A stretch of DNA of 64,000 bases from Terriglobia bacterium. GTDB taxonomy: Bacteria; Acidobacteriota; Terriglobia; Terriglobales; Acidobacteriaceae. The stretch is from the NCBI GenBank assembly GCA_963812835.1, contig CAWEWN010000001.1:264354-328353 (forward strand). Reading direction: 5' to 3'. The notes beneath the pieces are model-generated. The model had not been told where the DNA came from, made no database searches, and saw only the letters and a list, made by a program, of their open reading frames with translations. How positions within the stretch are numbered: position 1 is the stretch's first letter; each line of letters begins with the position of its first letter. Shown piece by piece: positions 48,920 to 58,566 of this stretch. The position numbers and the translations under genes were made by a program.

Positions 48920-50044
48920 CACACTCTCAAAAGCCGTCCGCAAAAACGAAACCAGCTGCCACCCATCCATGTACTTGTAGGGCGTCTCGCCGGTGGTGTA
49001 GTGGCCGCAAGGCAGCACCACGACTTTGTGGTCCAACCCGTAGCGTTCAAACTCGGCCACGGCGTCCCGCGAAAGCTCGGGCAAAAATGTCATATCGTAC
49101 TTCGCGTAAATGATCAGCGATTTCTTGGGCCAGCGGGCAAACTGCTCGAAGTAGGAAATGGGACTGATGCCGCTCCACAGTGCCCGTAGTCGGTCGAGAT
49201 CAATTTGTGTTTCAAGACCCTCGCGGATGTGGCGGGTGGATTGTCCATGCCAGACCACGTCCGCGACGTTCGTTGACGCATGGTTGAAGGCCGCGACACG
49301 AATACGCGGATCGTGCGCCGCCGCAAGAAACGAGTAACACGAACCCAGGCTCGTGCCCAGGATACCGAGGCGGCTGTATCCCTGCTGCTCCAGCCAATCC
49401 AGACAGCAACGAACATCAACCACCGCCTGGCGACAGGCATCGAGAGTGCGCCCAATGTTGGCGGAGACGGCATAGTCGGCCCGTCGCGTATCCGCCGGCA
49501 TGCGAATATCGTGATACGGCATGCTCAAGCGCAGCACTGCAATGCCCATCAGGTTCATCGCGCGGCATAGCCCGGTGTAAGAGATGGCATCCGAATTCCA
49601 ATGCGGCAGCAGCACTACGGCGCGCCGTCCGCGAGCCGGAAACCAGCGGGCATTCACCAGATTGTTTTCCGGGTACTGTGTGTGTACCGGTGACGTAAAG
49701 CGCAAAAAATCAGCCTGAGTATCCCGGACCTTCTCTTCCAATCTTTGATCCGGCACTGCCCGTGTGCTGAAGACCTTTATTTCCCGGCGCTCGAGGCGGA
49801 AATCCGAAGGCGTTTTGTAGGAATAAAATTCGTCGCTCGACGCGACAATTCTTCGATTGTACTCGCGCAGGAACTTCTCGGAATCAGCCAACCCAGGGAT
49901 ATATCCAGGAGCGAAGCCGTTTCGGCAAGGCCAATCCCGCGCCCACTCCACGCCCCACTCCAGAGGACGTACTACGCGGTTGTTGTCCACCGACGTTAGC
50001 CGGGTCTCCCAGTCATACATCCACTGCTGATAGCGGGAAGGCAT
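48917..50044 (-). CDS. alpha/beta-fold hydrolase
   Basis: Nucleophile elbow GTSLGS. The internal ATG (MPSRYQQW) is the preferred start. Confidence 0.65.
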   Translation of the reverse strand: MPSRYQQWMYDWETRLTSVDNNRVVRPLEWGVEWARDWPCRNGFAPGYIPGLADSEKFLREYNRRIVASSDEFYSYKTPSDFRLERREIKVFSTRAVPDQRLEEKVRDTQADFLRFTSPVHTQYPENNLVNARWFPARGRRAVVLLPHWNSDAISYTGLCRAMNLMGIAVLRLSMPYHDIRMPADTRRADYAVSANIGRTLDACRQAVVDVRCCLDWLEQQGYSRLGILGTSLGSCYSFLAAAHDPRIRVAAFNHASTNVADVVWHGQSTRHIREGLETQIDLDRLRALWSGISPISYFEQFARWPKKSLIIYAKYDMTFLPELSRDAVAEFERYGLDHKVVVLPCGHYTTGETPYKYMDGWQLVSFLRTAFESV

Positions 50045-50205
50045 TGATAGACAAGCATAGCAAAGGGGAGCAAATGGGTCTGTGGGTCTGCAGTGGAGTG
50101 CAATAATCAGCATTCATCCCGACGATGAGGGCTGTAATCGGAAGTCCACACAGGCTCTGGTAATCCAAGAGGTTTTGGCCGACGACCAACGGCCACGACG
50201 AGAGA

Positions 50206-51375
50206 CTAGCTATACTTCCGCGGCACGCGCTTCGAGATCGCGCAAAGAATTTCGTACACATTAGTGTTCGCTAGCTCGGCATGCTCGCGGGCGTCCACAT
50301 TCAAGCCGTCCAGGGCGCCGAGCAGGACCACTTCATCGCCGACTGAAACTCCCGGTAAGCCAGTCACATCCGCTAATGTCAAATCCATCGAGATACGACC
50401 GACGATGGGAGCGTAATGTTCCCGCACAATCACCCGTCCGCGAGATGACAACGCGCGATTCAATCCGTCGGCGTATCCAACCGGAAGCACCGCAATTCGC
50501 GCCGGGGCCTTGGTGACATAAGTGCCGCCGTATCCCAGGGCCTGGTTGGCGCGCACATCGCGCAGCGAGAGGATTCGCGTCTTCCAGGTCAGCACCGGCT
50601 TTACTCCGAGCCGCAGCTTGCTGCCGCTGACTTCTCTTCCCGCCCGCTCAAAAGGCAAGTGATAGCCGTAGAGGGCAATTCCCGGCCGCACCATCGTGTT
50701 CCACGATTCTCGCTTTGAAATGACGGCACCGGTGTTGGCCACGTGGACCAGCGGCGGATCGAATCCTTCGTTGCGGAGCAGATTCCGTACCTGCTCGAAC
50801 TTCTGCAACTGCTCGTTGACGGATGGCGCATCCAGCACCTCAGAAGATGCCAGGTGAGTGGAGAGCCCTTCCAGCAGCAGATGCGGCGATGACTTCAAGG
50901 CGCCAGCAACCTGGTACAGGTCCTCCGGATCGACTCCCAGCCGTCCCATGCCAGTGTCCACTTTCAGATGGACAGCAAGTCTTGGCAATCCCAGGCCTGC
51001 AGCAGCTTTCTCCAGCAACTCGACCTGCCCCGGTTCCCATACCGTCGGCGTCAGCTGCAGGCGGATAATTTCTTCTTCCTCGCCCCGCCAGAACCCGGTC
51101 ATCAGCAGGATGCGCGTGCGGATGCCAGCTTCGCGCAGGGGAATCGCTTCGTCGAGTGAGGTCACGCCCAGCCAGCGCGCTCCTTCTTCCTCCAGCGCGT
51201 GTGCACACTCCGTGGCGCCATGACCGTACGCGTCAGCCTTCACTACGGCGCAGACGGTAACACCCGTTCCGATGTGCCGCTGCACCACGCCGAAGTTGTA
51301 GCGTAGGTTCTCCAGCGACACCTGCGCCCAAGTAGGACGGGTTGCGGTCCGTTTCAAAATTTCAGCGGTAGCCAC
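50206..51375 (-). CDS. alr: alanine racemase
   Basis: VVKADAYGHG PLP-lysine motif. Full-length family match. Confidence 0.9.
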   Translation of the reverse strand: MATAEILKRTATRPTWAQVSLENLRYNFGVVQRHIGTGVTVCAVVKADAYGHGATECAHALEEEGARWLGVTSLDEAIPLREAGIRTRILLMTGFWRGEEEEIIRLQLTPTVWEPGQVELLEKAAAGLGLPRLAVHLKVDTGMGRLGVDPEDLYQVAGALKSSPHLLLEGLSTHLASSEVLDAPSVNEQLQKFEQVRNLLRNEGFDPPLVHVANTGAVISKRESWNTMVRPGIALYGYHLPFERAGREVSGSKLRLGVKPVLTWKTRILSLRDVRANQALGYGGTYVTKAPARIAVLPVGYADGLNRALSSRGRVIVREHYAPIVGRISMDLTLADVTGLPGVSVGDEVVLLGALDGLNVDAREHAELANTNVYEILCAISKRVPRKYS

Positions 51376-51444
51376 TGGGCCGATTATAGCGGGCGCAGCC
51401 GGAGTCGAGAGGTTACGCCTGTGCTACTCCCGAATTCGTGGAAG

Positions 51445-52188
51445 TTAACCGCCCGACAAGACGAAGTTCACTTTTACTTCGGTCTCCACCTCAACCGGCT
51501 CGCCGTTGAGTTCGTAGGGGCGGTATCGCCATTGCCGCACCGCCTCGACTGCGGCCTTCACCAGCATGGGATGGCCGCTCAATACCTGCAGATCTTCGAT
51601 GGCACCGTCACGGCTGATCATCGCTCGCAGCACCACCAGTCCCTGGACGCGGACCTGCCTTGCCAACGGCGGATAGTCTGGCTGGACCCGATGGATCAGA
51701 TTCCCTTCCATCATCCGCGAGACCGCAGGGTGATGGACGGCAGGCGGAGGAGGCGGAGGCAGCACATGATCGGAGCCGAATACGGAATCGAGAACAGTGC
51801 CTCGCGAATTTGGATAGCCGGTCCCGTCACGCACGCCCAGTGCGCCGGGATCGATCACAGGAGGTGGCGCCTCGGTGTCGGTGAGCAAGTTTATTGCAGG
51901 CGGGATGCGTGAAGGACTCAACAGCCTGTCTCCTATCATGTTGCTTTGCGGAGTGGCGGGTGAATTAGGACGTGGGGTTGGCGGAGCTGCCGGCGGCGGG
52001 GCAGGCGCGAGCAACGGCGCGAGCAATGCCAGCCTCGGAAGTCCCTCGTTGTAAAGCAAAGGCAGCAGAAGCAAGCTGCCGACGGCGACTCCCTGCAGTG
52101 CAAACGATATCAGGGTTGTCCATCCCCGGTGAGAGTGATTGGACCAGTCGGAATCCGGCGAGAAATCGGCAAACATGGTGTCCTCCAC
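51445..52188 (-). CDS. tonB: energy transducer TonB family protein
   Basis: N-terminal anchor, Pro-rich linker APAPPPAAPPTP, C-terminal TonB fold ...VQGLVVLRAMISRDG...V.QWRYRP. Confidence 0.8.
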   Translation of the reverse strand: MEDTMFADFSPDSDWSNHSHRGWTTLISFALQGVAVGSLLLLPLLYNEGLPRLALLAPLLAPAPPPAAPPTPRPNSPATPQSNMIGDRLLSPSRIPPAINLLTDTEAPPPVIDPGALGVRDGTGYPNSRGTVLDSVFGSDHVLPPPPPPAVHHPAVSRMMEGNLIHRVQPDYPPLARQVRVQGLVVLRAMISRDGAIEDLQVLSGHPMLVKAAVEAVRQWRYRPYELNGEPVEVETEVKVNFVLSGG

Positions 52189-52326
52189 GATGATGTTGAA
52201 GCGCTACGTGTAAGGACACCGAAGAACCCGTTCTCAGGTGCATTAGAGAAAGAAGAAGGCAAGAAAAAAGGCCGCGTTCTGCACGCGGCCTGTGGGAACT
52301 TCTTCACGACACCAGGTGTCGTAAAA

Positions 52327-53049
52327 CTATTTTGGTTGAGTGGCTGGCGCCTTTGGGGCAGTCGTCGCCGGCTTGGGCGCTGTGGTCCCCGGCCGGGGTG
52401 CTGACGCAGCAGGCCTCGCTCCGGCAGGTCTTACGGGCGCGGGCACTCCGGACTGTGCGTTGTACAGTTCAACGATAGGCCGGGTGATGTCCACGGCAGG
52501 GCCGGACCAAAGCACCGGTCCGTTCGGCCAGGGCTGCGAGGTGTCGATGATCACGCCGAAACCGTTTTCCGCGGCGTACTTTACCAGCATGGGCCCCAGC
52601 TTCTGCAGAATGCGCTGCGCGATCTCGTTCTGTTGGTTCTGGGCATCGTCGCGCGCGTCCTGGACTGACCGCTCCAGTGACTTCTGCTTTTGCTCAATCT
52701 GCTTTACCAGCGTCGCCCGGCTCTCATCGTTCAGCTTCTCGCCCTGGGTATTGAGCTGTTTCTTCAGGCTCTCGACTTCGTCATTCTGACCTTTGAGTTC
52801 CGTCTGCTTCGGTTCGAGCTTCTTGCTCAAAGCTTCAAAATCACGCTGGCCTTCGTTGGTGGCGAAAATTGCCTGCTCGACATTGACCGTTCCGGTCCTT
52901 GTCCCCGTGGCGCTGACGGCAGCGGGGGGTGCGTCGGCATTGGCTGCTGCGGCACTGGGGGCGGCAGGCAGTCCAGCAGACTGGGCCATGGCCGCAACCG
53001 ACGCAGCGAAGACGGTGGACATAAGTAATCGCGCAAACTTGCTTGTCAT
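52327..53049 (-). CDS. skp: OmpH/Skp periplasmic chaperone
   Basis: Signal peptide MTSKFARLLMSTVFAASVAAMA, coiled-coil KQLNTQGEKLNDE region. Directly downstream of bamA. Confidence 0.8.
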   Translation of the reverse strand: MTSKFARLLMSTVFAASVAAMAQSAGLPAAPSAAAANADAPPAAVSATGTRTGTVNVEQAIFATNEGQRDFEALSKKLEPKQTELKGQNDEVESLKKQLNTQGEKLNDESRATLVKQIEQKQKSLERSVQDARDDAQNQQNEIAQRILQKLGPMLVKYAAENGFGVIIDTSQPWPNGPVLWSGPAVDITRPIVELYNAQSGVPAPVRPAGARPAASAPRPGTTAPKPATTAPKAPATQPK

Positions 53050-53290
53050 GTAGTTGATTTTGAACTCCTTGGAATTTATCCCGGGAAATCGCTTAGATTT
53101 TTTCGTACAAGCCAATGCTGGCCGCGTCTCAGCACGAACCCGACCGTTTGCTGTCAACGGAAGAGGCTGGGCCGGAGTTCCCAGCTCCTCACGCCGGACC
53201 TGAAGCGGCGTGGTGACCACCCCGTTTGGCTGCTCATCTCAGGGCGTGGATATCTGCATTATAGGTACGCTCAAGCCTAAGGTCAAACGG

Positions 53291-53369
53291 TCTTCAGTCG
53301 TCGGTCATCAGTCGTCGGCCACTCAATCGCAAGTCTGGCTGACGACTGAAGACAGACGACTGACGACTG
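53291..53369. repeat. inverted 7-nt-period arrays, CAGTCGT class
   Basis: tcttcagtcgtcggtcatcagtcgtcggcc ... ggctgacgactgaagacagacgactgacgactg, between bamA and skp. Confidence 0.9.
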
Positions 53370-53372
53370 CAC

Positions 53373-56252
53373 TTAGAACGTCGTCGCCACGCTGAACCGG
53401 AACGTTTTGCGCGGCTCGCGTAGTTGATACTCGGGCGTGAGGCTTCGCGCGGCCTGCTCGAACGTGAAGTCTCCGGCTGCGCCGGGCGGGAACATGTCGC
53501 GGGTGATTGGAACCGGGCCGCGAGTAATGTTGTCCAGGCGCAGCGGGTTGTAGGCCCAGTAGACCCGGAACGGCGCGTTGACGATGGGCAGAAACACCTG
53601 CACCTCCAGCCCTGTTGACATCCTCGGCACCCAGTTGGAATTGCTCACGATCTGCAGGTTCTGCGAGAACTGTGGGTTCTGCAGGTGCCCACCCGTACAG
53701 TTCAGCGCGATATCAAGGGCGGGACATCCAAACACCGTGGTATTGATGTCGGCAAGTTGCCCGGGATTGATACGCAGTTGCGATCCTCTGATTATGGGAT
53801 TCATACCGACGTCCACAAATGGCGCGAGCGCAACCGGGCCGGCAATCGTGATTCGGTATTCCAGGTTCGTCACCAGGCTGGCATCGCCGCCCGGAAACAC
53901 GATCTGCTCGACCGGCACTGGAACGGTGAGGCCGCCGCGAAGGGGGTTGGCTGGGTCTTTGGGAACAATGGTGCCGTCCGGATTACGGAGAATGATGCTG
54001 GTCTTGCTGGGCAAAAACGCAACCGGCGACACAGAGCGAATATCAAAACCGCGTATATCGTTTTCGCCGCCGAGATAGAAGCGCTCAAACGGCGGCGCCA
54101 CCACCCCGCCATAACCCGACAGGAAAGAACCCTGCACGTTGAATCCGATGGTATTGCGCCCCTTCTGCACCGGCTTGAAGTGCTTGTACTGAACAATCGG
54201 GCGCACCGACCGCACTGTCCCGCCCAGTCCCGCAATTTCTCCGCCAAAAAATACGCTGGTCCCCTTCTTAGGTGATATCGGACTGTCAATGGTGCTGAAG
54301 GAAAAGCTGGGAAGAACTTTGCTGGTGATGATGCCTTCCAGCGAGTTGGGGCCACTGATTCCGCGAAACGCCAGGTCGGTGAACAATATCTTCGAGGCAT
54401 CGCTGACCGCGACAATGGACGACCGGTCGAAGGAATATGTAATTCCTATGCGCTTGAACGAATGGTGAAGTTGGTAGCTGAGTGAACCGGTGAAGCCCGC
54501 GCTGGACTGGGTGTAGTTCTGCAGATTGTTCAGAAATGCGTTCGGGATGTTCACCTGCTGCCCGGTCAGAATCGCTTCCTGCCGCGCCTGGTTGTAGTTG
54601 TATTTCTGGGCAAAAATCGAAAAGCCGCCCTGGATCGGTCGATCAAAAAGATACGGCTGCGTAAAACTGAACGAGAGAATGCGCTGGCTGTTACCGATAC
54701 TGGTCTGGACCGCCAGTGTCTCACCCTGTCCGAGGAAGTTGTTGGTGCTGTAGTTGATCCCGATGAACGCCCCGGCCAGCCCGCTCACGCCACCGTTCAG
54801 TCCGATCTGGTTCTTGCCTTTCTCGTGGACCTTCAGTGTGAGATCCACTGTGCCGTTCTTTTCGTCCAAATGAGTTTCCGTGACGTTCGGGTCATCCGGT
54901 TTCAGGGGATCGAAATACCCCAGCTGATTCAGCCGCAGCAGGCTCAGCTTCCACAGCCGCTCGTCGTAAACCTGTCCCTCTTCGAGCGCCACCTCGCGGC
55001 GGATGACTTTGTCTCGGGTCGTGGTATTCCCAGCAAACTCGATGCGCCGGACATAAAACTTCTTGCCTTCGTCCAGATCGATAGAGAGATTCACCAGCTT
55101 CTTGTCTTCGTCGAAAGTCGTGTTGGGGATGGAAGTGAAGTTGATATGTCCGAGCTCGCGGTAGGCGTTACGTAAGTTGTCCAGGCCCTTGGCCACCTTT
55201 TCCCGCGAGAAAATATCGCCGTCCTTCATAGGAAACAGTGAGCGCAAAGCTTTTACGTTGGTGACTTCCTTGTTCCCATTAAACGTGATTTCACCCAGCC
55301 GGTACTGCTCTCCTTCATCGATTGGAATCGTAATGTCCACCGCCTTGCCCGGTCCTTTCATCAACAACGGCACGTGAAAGCCCGGACGCCCGGTGTCATG
55401 GATCTCCGCCTTAGCGTCCTGCACTACGACTTTGAAGTAGCCGCGGTTCTGGAATTCCGCTCGCACCCGTTCCGTGTCCTCATCCAGCTTGGTGGCGTCG
55501 TAGGTCTTGGCAAAGATGTTTTCGAGAAAAATAGAATGCGGGATACCGATCGGCTTCAGGTTCTTCATGGCGCCGCGAAGAATGCGCGAACTGACGTGCT
55601 TGTTGCCGATGAATGTGATCTTGCCGACGGTGACCTTGGGGCCTTCCTTCACCACAAACGTGACGCTTACCTTGGCGGGCGGGATGGGCCGAATCTCGGT
55701 GCGGACGGTGGCAAACTGCCGGCCATGCTCCGACAACAACTCGCGGATCGTGACCTCAGCCTTTTTAACCTTGGTGGGATCGTATTGGCTCTCGGGAGAG
55801 ATTCCAACCTTGCGCTCCTTGAAACGATCAAGCACGTCGCTTTTCGAGACGGAGCTCAGTCCAAGGTACTCAATTTCGCTGATGGTAGGACGCTCTTTGA
55901 CGTAAACGTGGATCCGCCAGCCTTTGGGGGTCTGCTCGCGTTCGAAGCGGATGTCCTCGAAATACCCTGTGTTCCACAAGGAGTTGAAATCGCGGTCTAG
56001 GGAGGCCTCGTCGTACACATCGCCGGCCCGGGTAAAAATGCGTCCTCGGACGGTCTCCGCCGGAATTCTCCGGTTTCCGTGAATAACGATCTCAGTGATG
56101 ATTTCCTGCTGTCCCCACCCGGCTGAGCACAGAACAAGAAGGATCAGGCACAAGATAGGCCAACGTGCTTTACAAATCTTTATGATTGAAGGAGATGAAG
56201 GCGATGCACCAGCTGGAGCAGGCCGTGGACGGCCCGACCAACTCCTCGTCAC
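53373..56252 (-). CDS. bamA: outer membrane protein assembly factor BamA (start uncertain)
   Basis: POTRA repeats then a beta-barrel ending ...FSVATTF. The signal-like segment ILCLILLVLCSAGWG begins about 30 codons after the GTG at 56252. Confidence 0.9.
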   Translation of the reverse strand: MTRSWSGRPRPAPAGASPSSPSIIKICKARWPILCLILLVLCSAGWGQQEIITEIVIHGNRRIPAETVRGRIFTRAGDVYDEASLDRDFNSLWNTGYFEDIRFEREQTPKGWRIHVYVKERPTISEIEYLGLSSVSKSDVLDRFKERKVGISPESQYDPTKVKKAEVTIRELLSEHGRQFATVRTEIRPIPPAKVSVTFVVKEGPKVTVGKITFIGNKHVSSRILRGAMKNLKPIGIPHSIFLENIFAKTYDATKLDEDTERVRAEFQNRGYFKVVVQDAKAEIHDTGRPGFHVPLLMKGPGKAVDITIPIDEGEQYRLGEITFNGNKEVTNVKALRSLFPMKDGDIFSREKVAKGLDNLRNAYRELGHINFTSIPNTTFDEDKKLVNLSIDLDEGKKFYVRRIEFAGNTTTRDKVIRREVALEEGQVYDERLWKLSLLRLNQLGYFDPLKPDDPNVTETHLDEKNGTVDLTLKVHEKGKNQIGLNGGVSGLAGAFIGINYSTNNFLGQGETLAVQTSIGNSQRILSFSFTQPYLFDRPIQGGFSIFAQKYNYNQARQEAILTGQQVNIPNAFLNNLQNYTQSSAGFTGSLSYQLHHSFKRIGITYSFDRSSIVAVSDASKILFTDLAFRGISGPNSLEGIITSKVLPSFSFSTIDSPISPKKGTSVFFGGEIAGLGGTVRSVRPIVQYKHFKPVQKGRNTIGFNVQGSFLSGYGGVVAPPFERFYLGGENDIRGFDIRSVSPVAFLPSKTSIILRNPDGTIVPKDPANPLRGGLTVPVPVEQIVFPGGDASLVTNLEYRITIAGPVALAPFVDVGMNPIIRGSQLRINPGQLADINTTVFGCPALDIALNCTGGHLQNPQFSQNLQIVSNSNWVPRMSTGLEVQVFLPIVNAPFRVYWAYNPLRLDNITRGPVPITRDMFPPGAAGDFTFEQAARSLTPEYQLREPRKTFRFSVATTF

Positions 56253-56320
56253 TACAGGGCTATCCTGATGAAAACGAAGAATCGTTACGACCTCGGAACC
56301 TTGGAGTAGGAAAGTGGCAA

Positions 56321-58489
56321 TTATACGGTAGAGCTGTGGAGACCGTCCAAACCCTCCGCATACCTCGGAGAGGGCTTAAAAAGCTCTACTTCAACCAAGA
56401 CGGAATAAAACGTGGCGGAGTTGCCTAGGTCCGTAAGTTTTTCCGAAGTAAGGACATTTATGTTTCGGTTCCCCTCGCTTAACTTGGCCCAGTGGAGCGT
56501 GGCCGAGACCACGCCCGCCTGCACCGCGCCGTCCACACGCGCTCGCAACAGGACATCTCCGCGGCGGTTGAAGACGCGCACCATGTCACCATCGACAATA
56601 CTACGCGCCTTGGCATCGGTTGCACTCAGTTCCAAAAGGCCGGCCTCTTCCATCTCCTGAACTACCGGCACATTGCAGAACGTGGTGTTTAGAAAGTTGT
56701 CCGCCTTGCGGGCCAGCAGCTCCAGCGGAAACTCCCGCGCTTGCGGACTGTGACGCGATTCCTTCGGCGGAGTGAACGCCACAACCGGATCCAGTCCCTG
56801 CGCTTTGAGATCTTCGCTGTACAGCTCAGCCTTGCCACTCGTTGTACCGAACTTGCCAGTCGCAAACGGCAAAAACTCTGAGAACTGAGAACTGGAATCT
56901 GACAACTGTTCTTCAAAATTAAGCCTGACATGCCCTTCCCGCTGTAATCGCTCCCGGTCAATCCCCCGCAATCGGGGATTCTTCGACTGCAACGCCGCAT
57001 CAACCATCTGGTCTACCGAGTCACGAAAACATTCCTCGTCAAAGCCCATACGCACAGCCAAGCCTCGAAAGACGTCGACGTTCGACCGGCACTCGCCCAA
57101 GGGATCGATCGCTGCGTCCGACATCTGCAGGTAATAGTGCCCGTAGGCGCTCTGCAGGTCTTTGTGTTCAAAGAAAGTGGTCGCCGGAAGAACAATGTCG
57201 GCATAGTCGACGGTGTCCGTAAAGAACTGCTCGTGCACTACGGTGAACAAATCCGGCCGCTTCAAACCTTCAATAACAAGATTGTGATTAGGACAAACCG
57301 CCGCCGGATTCGAGTTGTAAACGAATAGCGCCTTGATCGGCGGACCTTCTAGCGTATTCAGCGCCGTGCCCAGCTCCACCATGTTCACGGTGCGCGCAGG
57401 CCGCCCAAGCGCGGTTTCCATGAGGTCGGTCCGTTCCAGGGCGGACTTATTCAGCCCAAACGCACCGCTGGTGGAAAGCTGCAGTCCGCCACCAACTTCC
57501 TTCCACGAACCGATGACGCACGGCAACATGGTCACGGCGCGAGTCGCCATACCCCCACCCTCCGAGCGCTGCACGCCGTAATTCAGCCGGATCACCGCCG
57601 GATGCGTGGTGGCATACTCACGGGCCAGCCTGACCACGTCGGAGGCCGCAATGCCAGTCCACTTTTCGACTCGTTCCGGCGTATATTCCTGGATTTTCTC
57701 CCGTAGCTGATCGAATCCCACGGTGTAGCTGGCAAGGTAGTCAGCGTCGTGCAGTGCCTCGCTGATGATGACATGCATCATGCCCAACGCCAGGGCCGCG
57801 TCGGTCCCAGGATTGATAGGCAAGTACCAGTCCGCGCAGGCAGCGGTTCGCGTTCGGTAAGGATCGATCACAACCAGCTTGGCCCCTTTGCGACGCGCTT
57901 CCGAAATGAAAGGCCACAAATGAACGTTGTTGCCATGGATATTTGCGCCCCAGGCGATGATGTACCGCGAATGCGTGAACTGCTCCGGATCGGTGCCCAT
58001 CTTGACGCCGATAACGGACTTCAACCCCGCCTCACCCGCCGCCGAGCAAATGTTGCGGGCCAACTGCGAAGCCCCCAGGCGATGAAAGAATCGCCGGTCC
58101 ATGGATCCGCCATTGAGCGCACCCAGCGTGCCCCCATACGAGTACGGCAGGATGGCTTCACTGCCGAAATCCGAAACGACCTGCCGGAACCGAGCCGCAA
58201 TTTCGTCGAGGGCTTCGTCCCAAGTGATTCGCTCGAAGGCCTGTGTGGCCGCGGGCGACTCGCCCGCGCCCGGACCCTTCGGTCTCACCCGTCGCATCGG
58301 GTAGAGCACGCGATCCGGCGAGTACACCCGATCCAGATACTTCGCCACCTTGGCGCACAAAAAGCCGCGAGTCACCGGATGCGCCGGGTCCCCCTGAATC
58401 CGCGTAGCGCGCCCGTCTTCCACCGTGATCAAAACTCCGCACGCATCGGGACAATCATGCGGACAGGCGGCATGCACAACTTTCTTCAT
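56321..58489 (-). CDS. molybdopterin-dependent oxidoreductase (MopB superfamily) with N-terminal 4Fe-4S motif
   Basis: CPHDCPDACG...C cluster motif. The MGD-binding and C-terminal barrel regions are readable. Confidence 0.85.
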   Translation of the reverse strand: MKKVVHAACPHDCPDACGVLITVEDGRATRIQGDPAHPVTRGFLCAKVAKYLDRVYSPDRVLYPMRRVRPKGPGAGESPAATQAFERITWDEALDEIAARFRQVVSDFGSEAILPYSYGGTLGALNGGSMDRRFFHRLGASQLARNICSAAGEAGLKSVIGVKMGTDPEQFTHSRYIIAWGANIHGNNVHLWPFISEARRKGAKLVVIDPYRTRTAACADWYLPINPGTDAALALGMMHVIISEALHDADYLASYTVGFDQLREKIQEYTPERVEKWTGIAASDVVRLAREYATTHPAVIRLNYGVQRSEGGGMATRAVTMLPCVIGSWKEVGGGLQLSTSGAFGLNKSALERTDLMETALGRPARTVNMVELGTALNTLEGPPIKALFVYNSNPAAVCPNHNLVIEGLKRPDLFTVVHEQFFTDTVDYADIVLPATTFFEHKDLQSAYGHYYLQMSDAAIDPLGECRSNVDVFRGLAVRMGFDEECFRDSVDQMVDAALQSKNPRLRGIDRERLQREGHVRLNFEEQLSDSSSQFSEFLPFATGKFGTTSGKAELYSEDLKAQGLDPVVAFTPPKESRHSPQAREFPLELLARKADNFLNTTFCNVPVVQEMEEAGLLELSATDAKARSIVDGDMVRVFNRRGDVLLRARVDGAVQAGVVSATLHWAKLSEGNRNINVLTSEKLTDLGNSATFYSVLVEVELFKPSPRYAEGLDGLHSSTV

Positions 58490-58508
58490 GGTTGCTAGAT
58501 TATAAGGC

Positions 58509-58540
58509 CAAAAAAAGAAACGGGCGGCCGAGGGCCGCCC
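58509..58540 (-). terminator. intrinsic terminator downstream of the lipoprotein gene
   Basis: On the minus strand, GGGCGGCC-CTC-GGCCGCCC followed by GTTTCTTTTTTT. Confidence 0.8.
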
Positions 58541-58566
58541 GCGGGAACAACCACACCGTCACTTAC

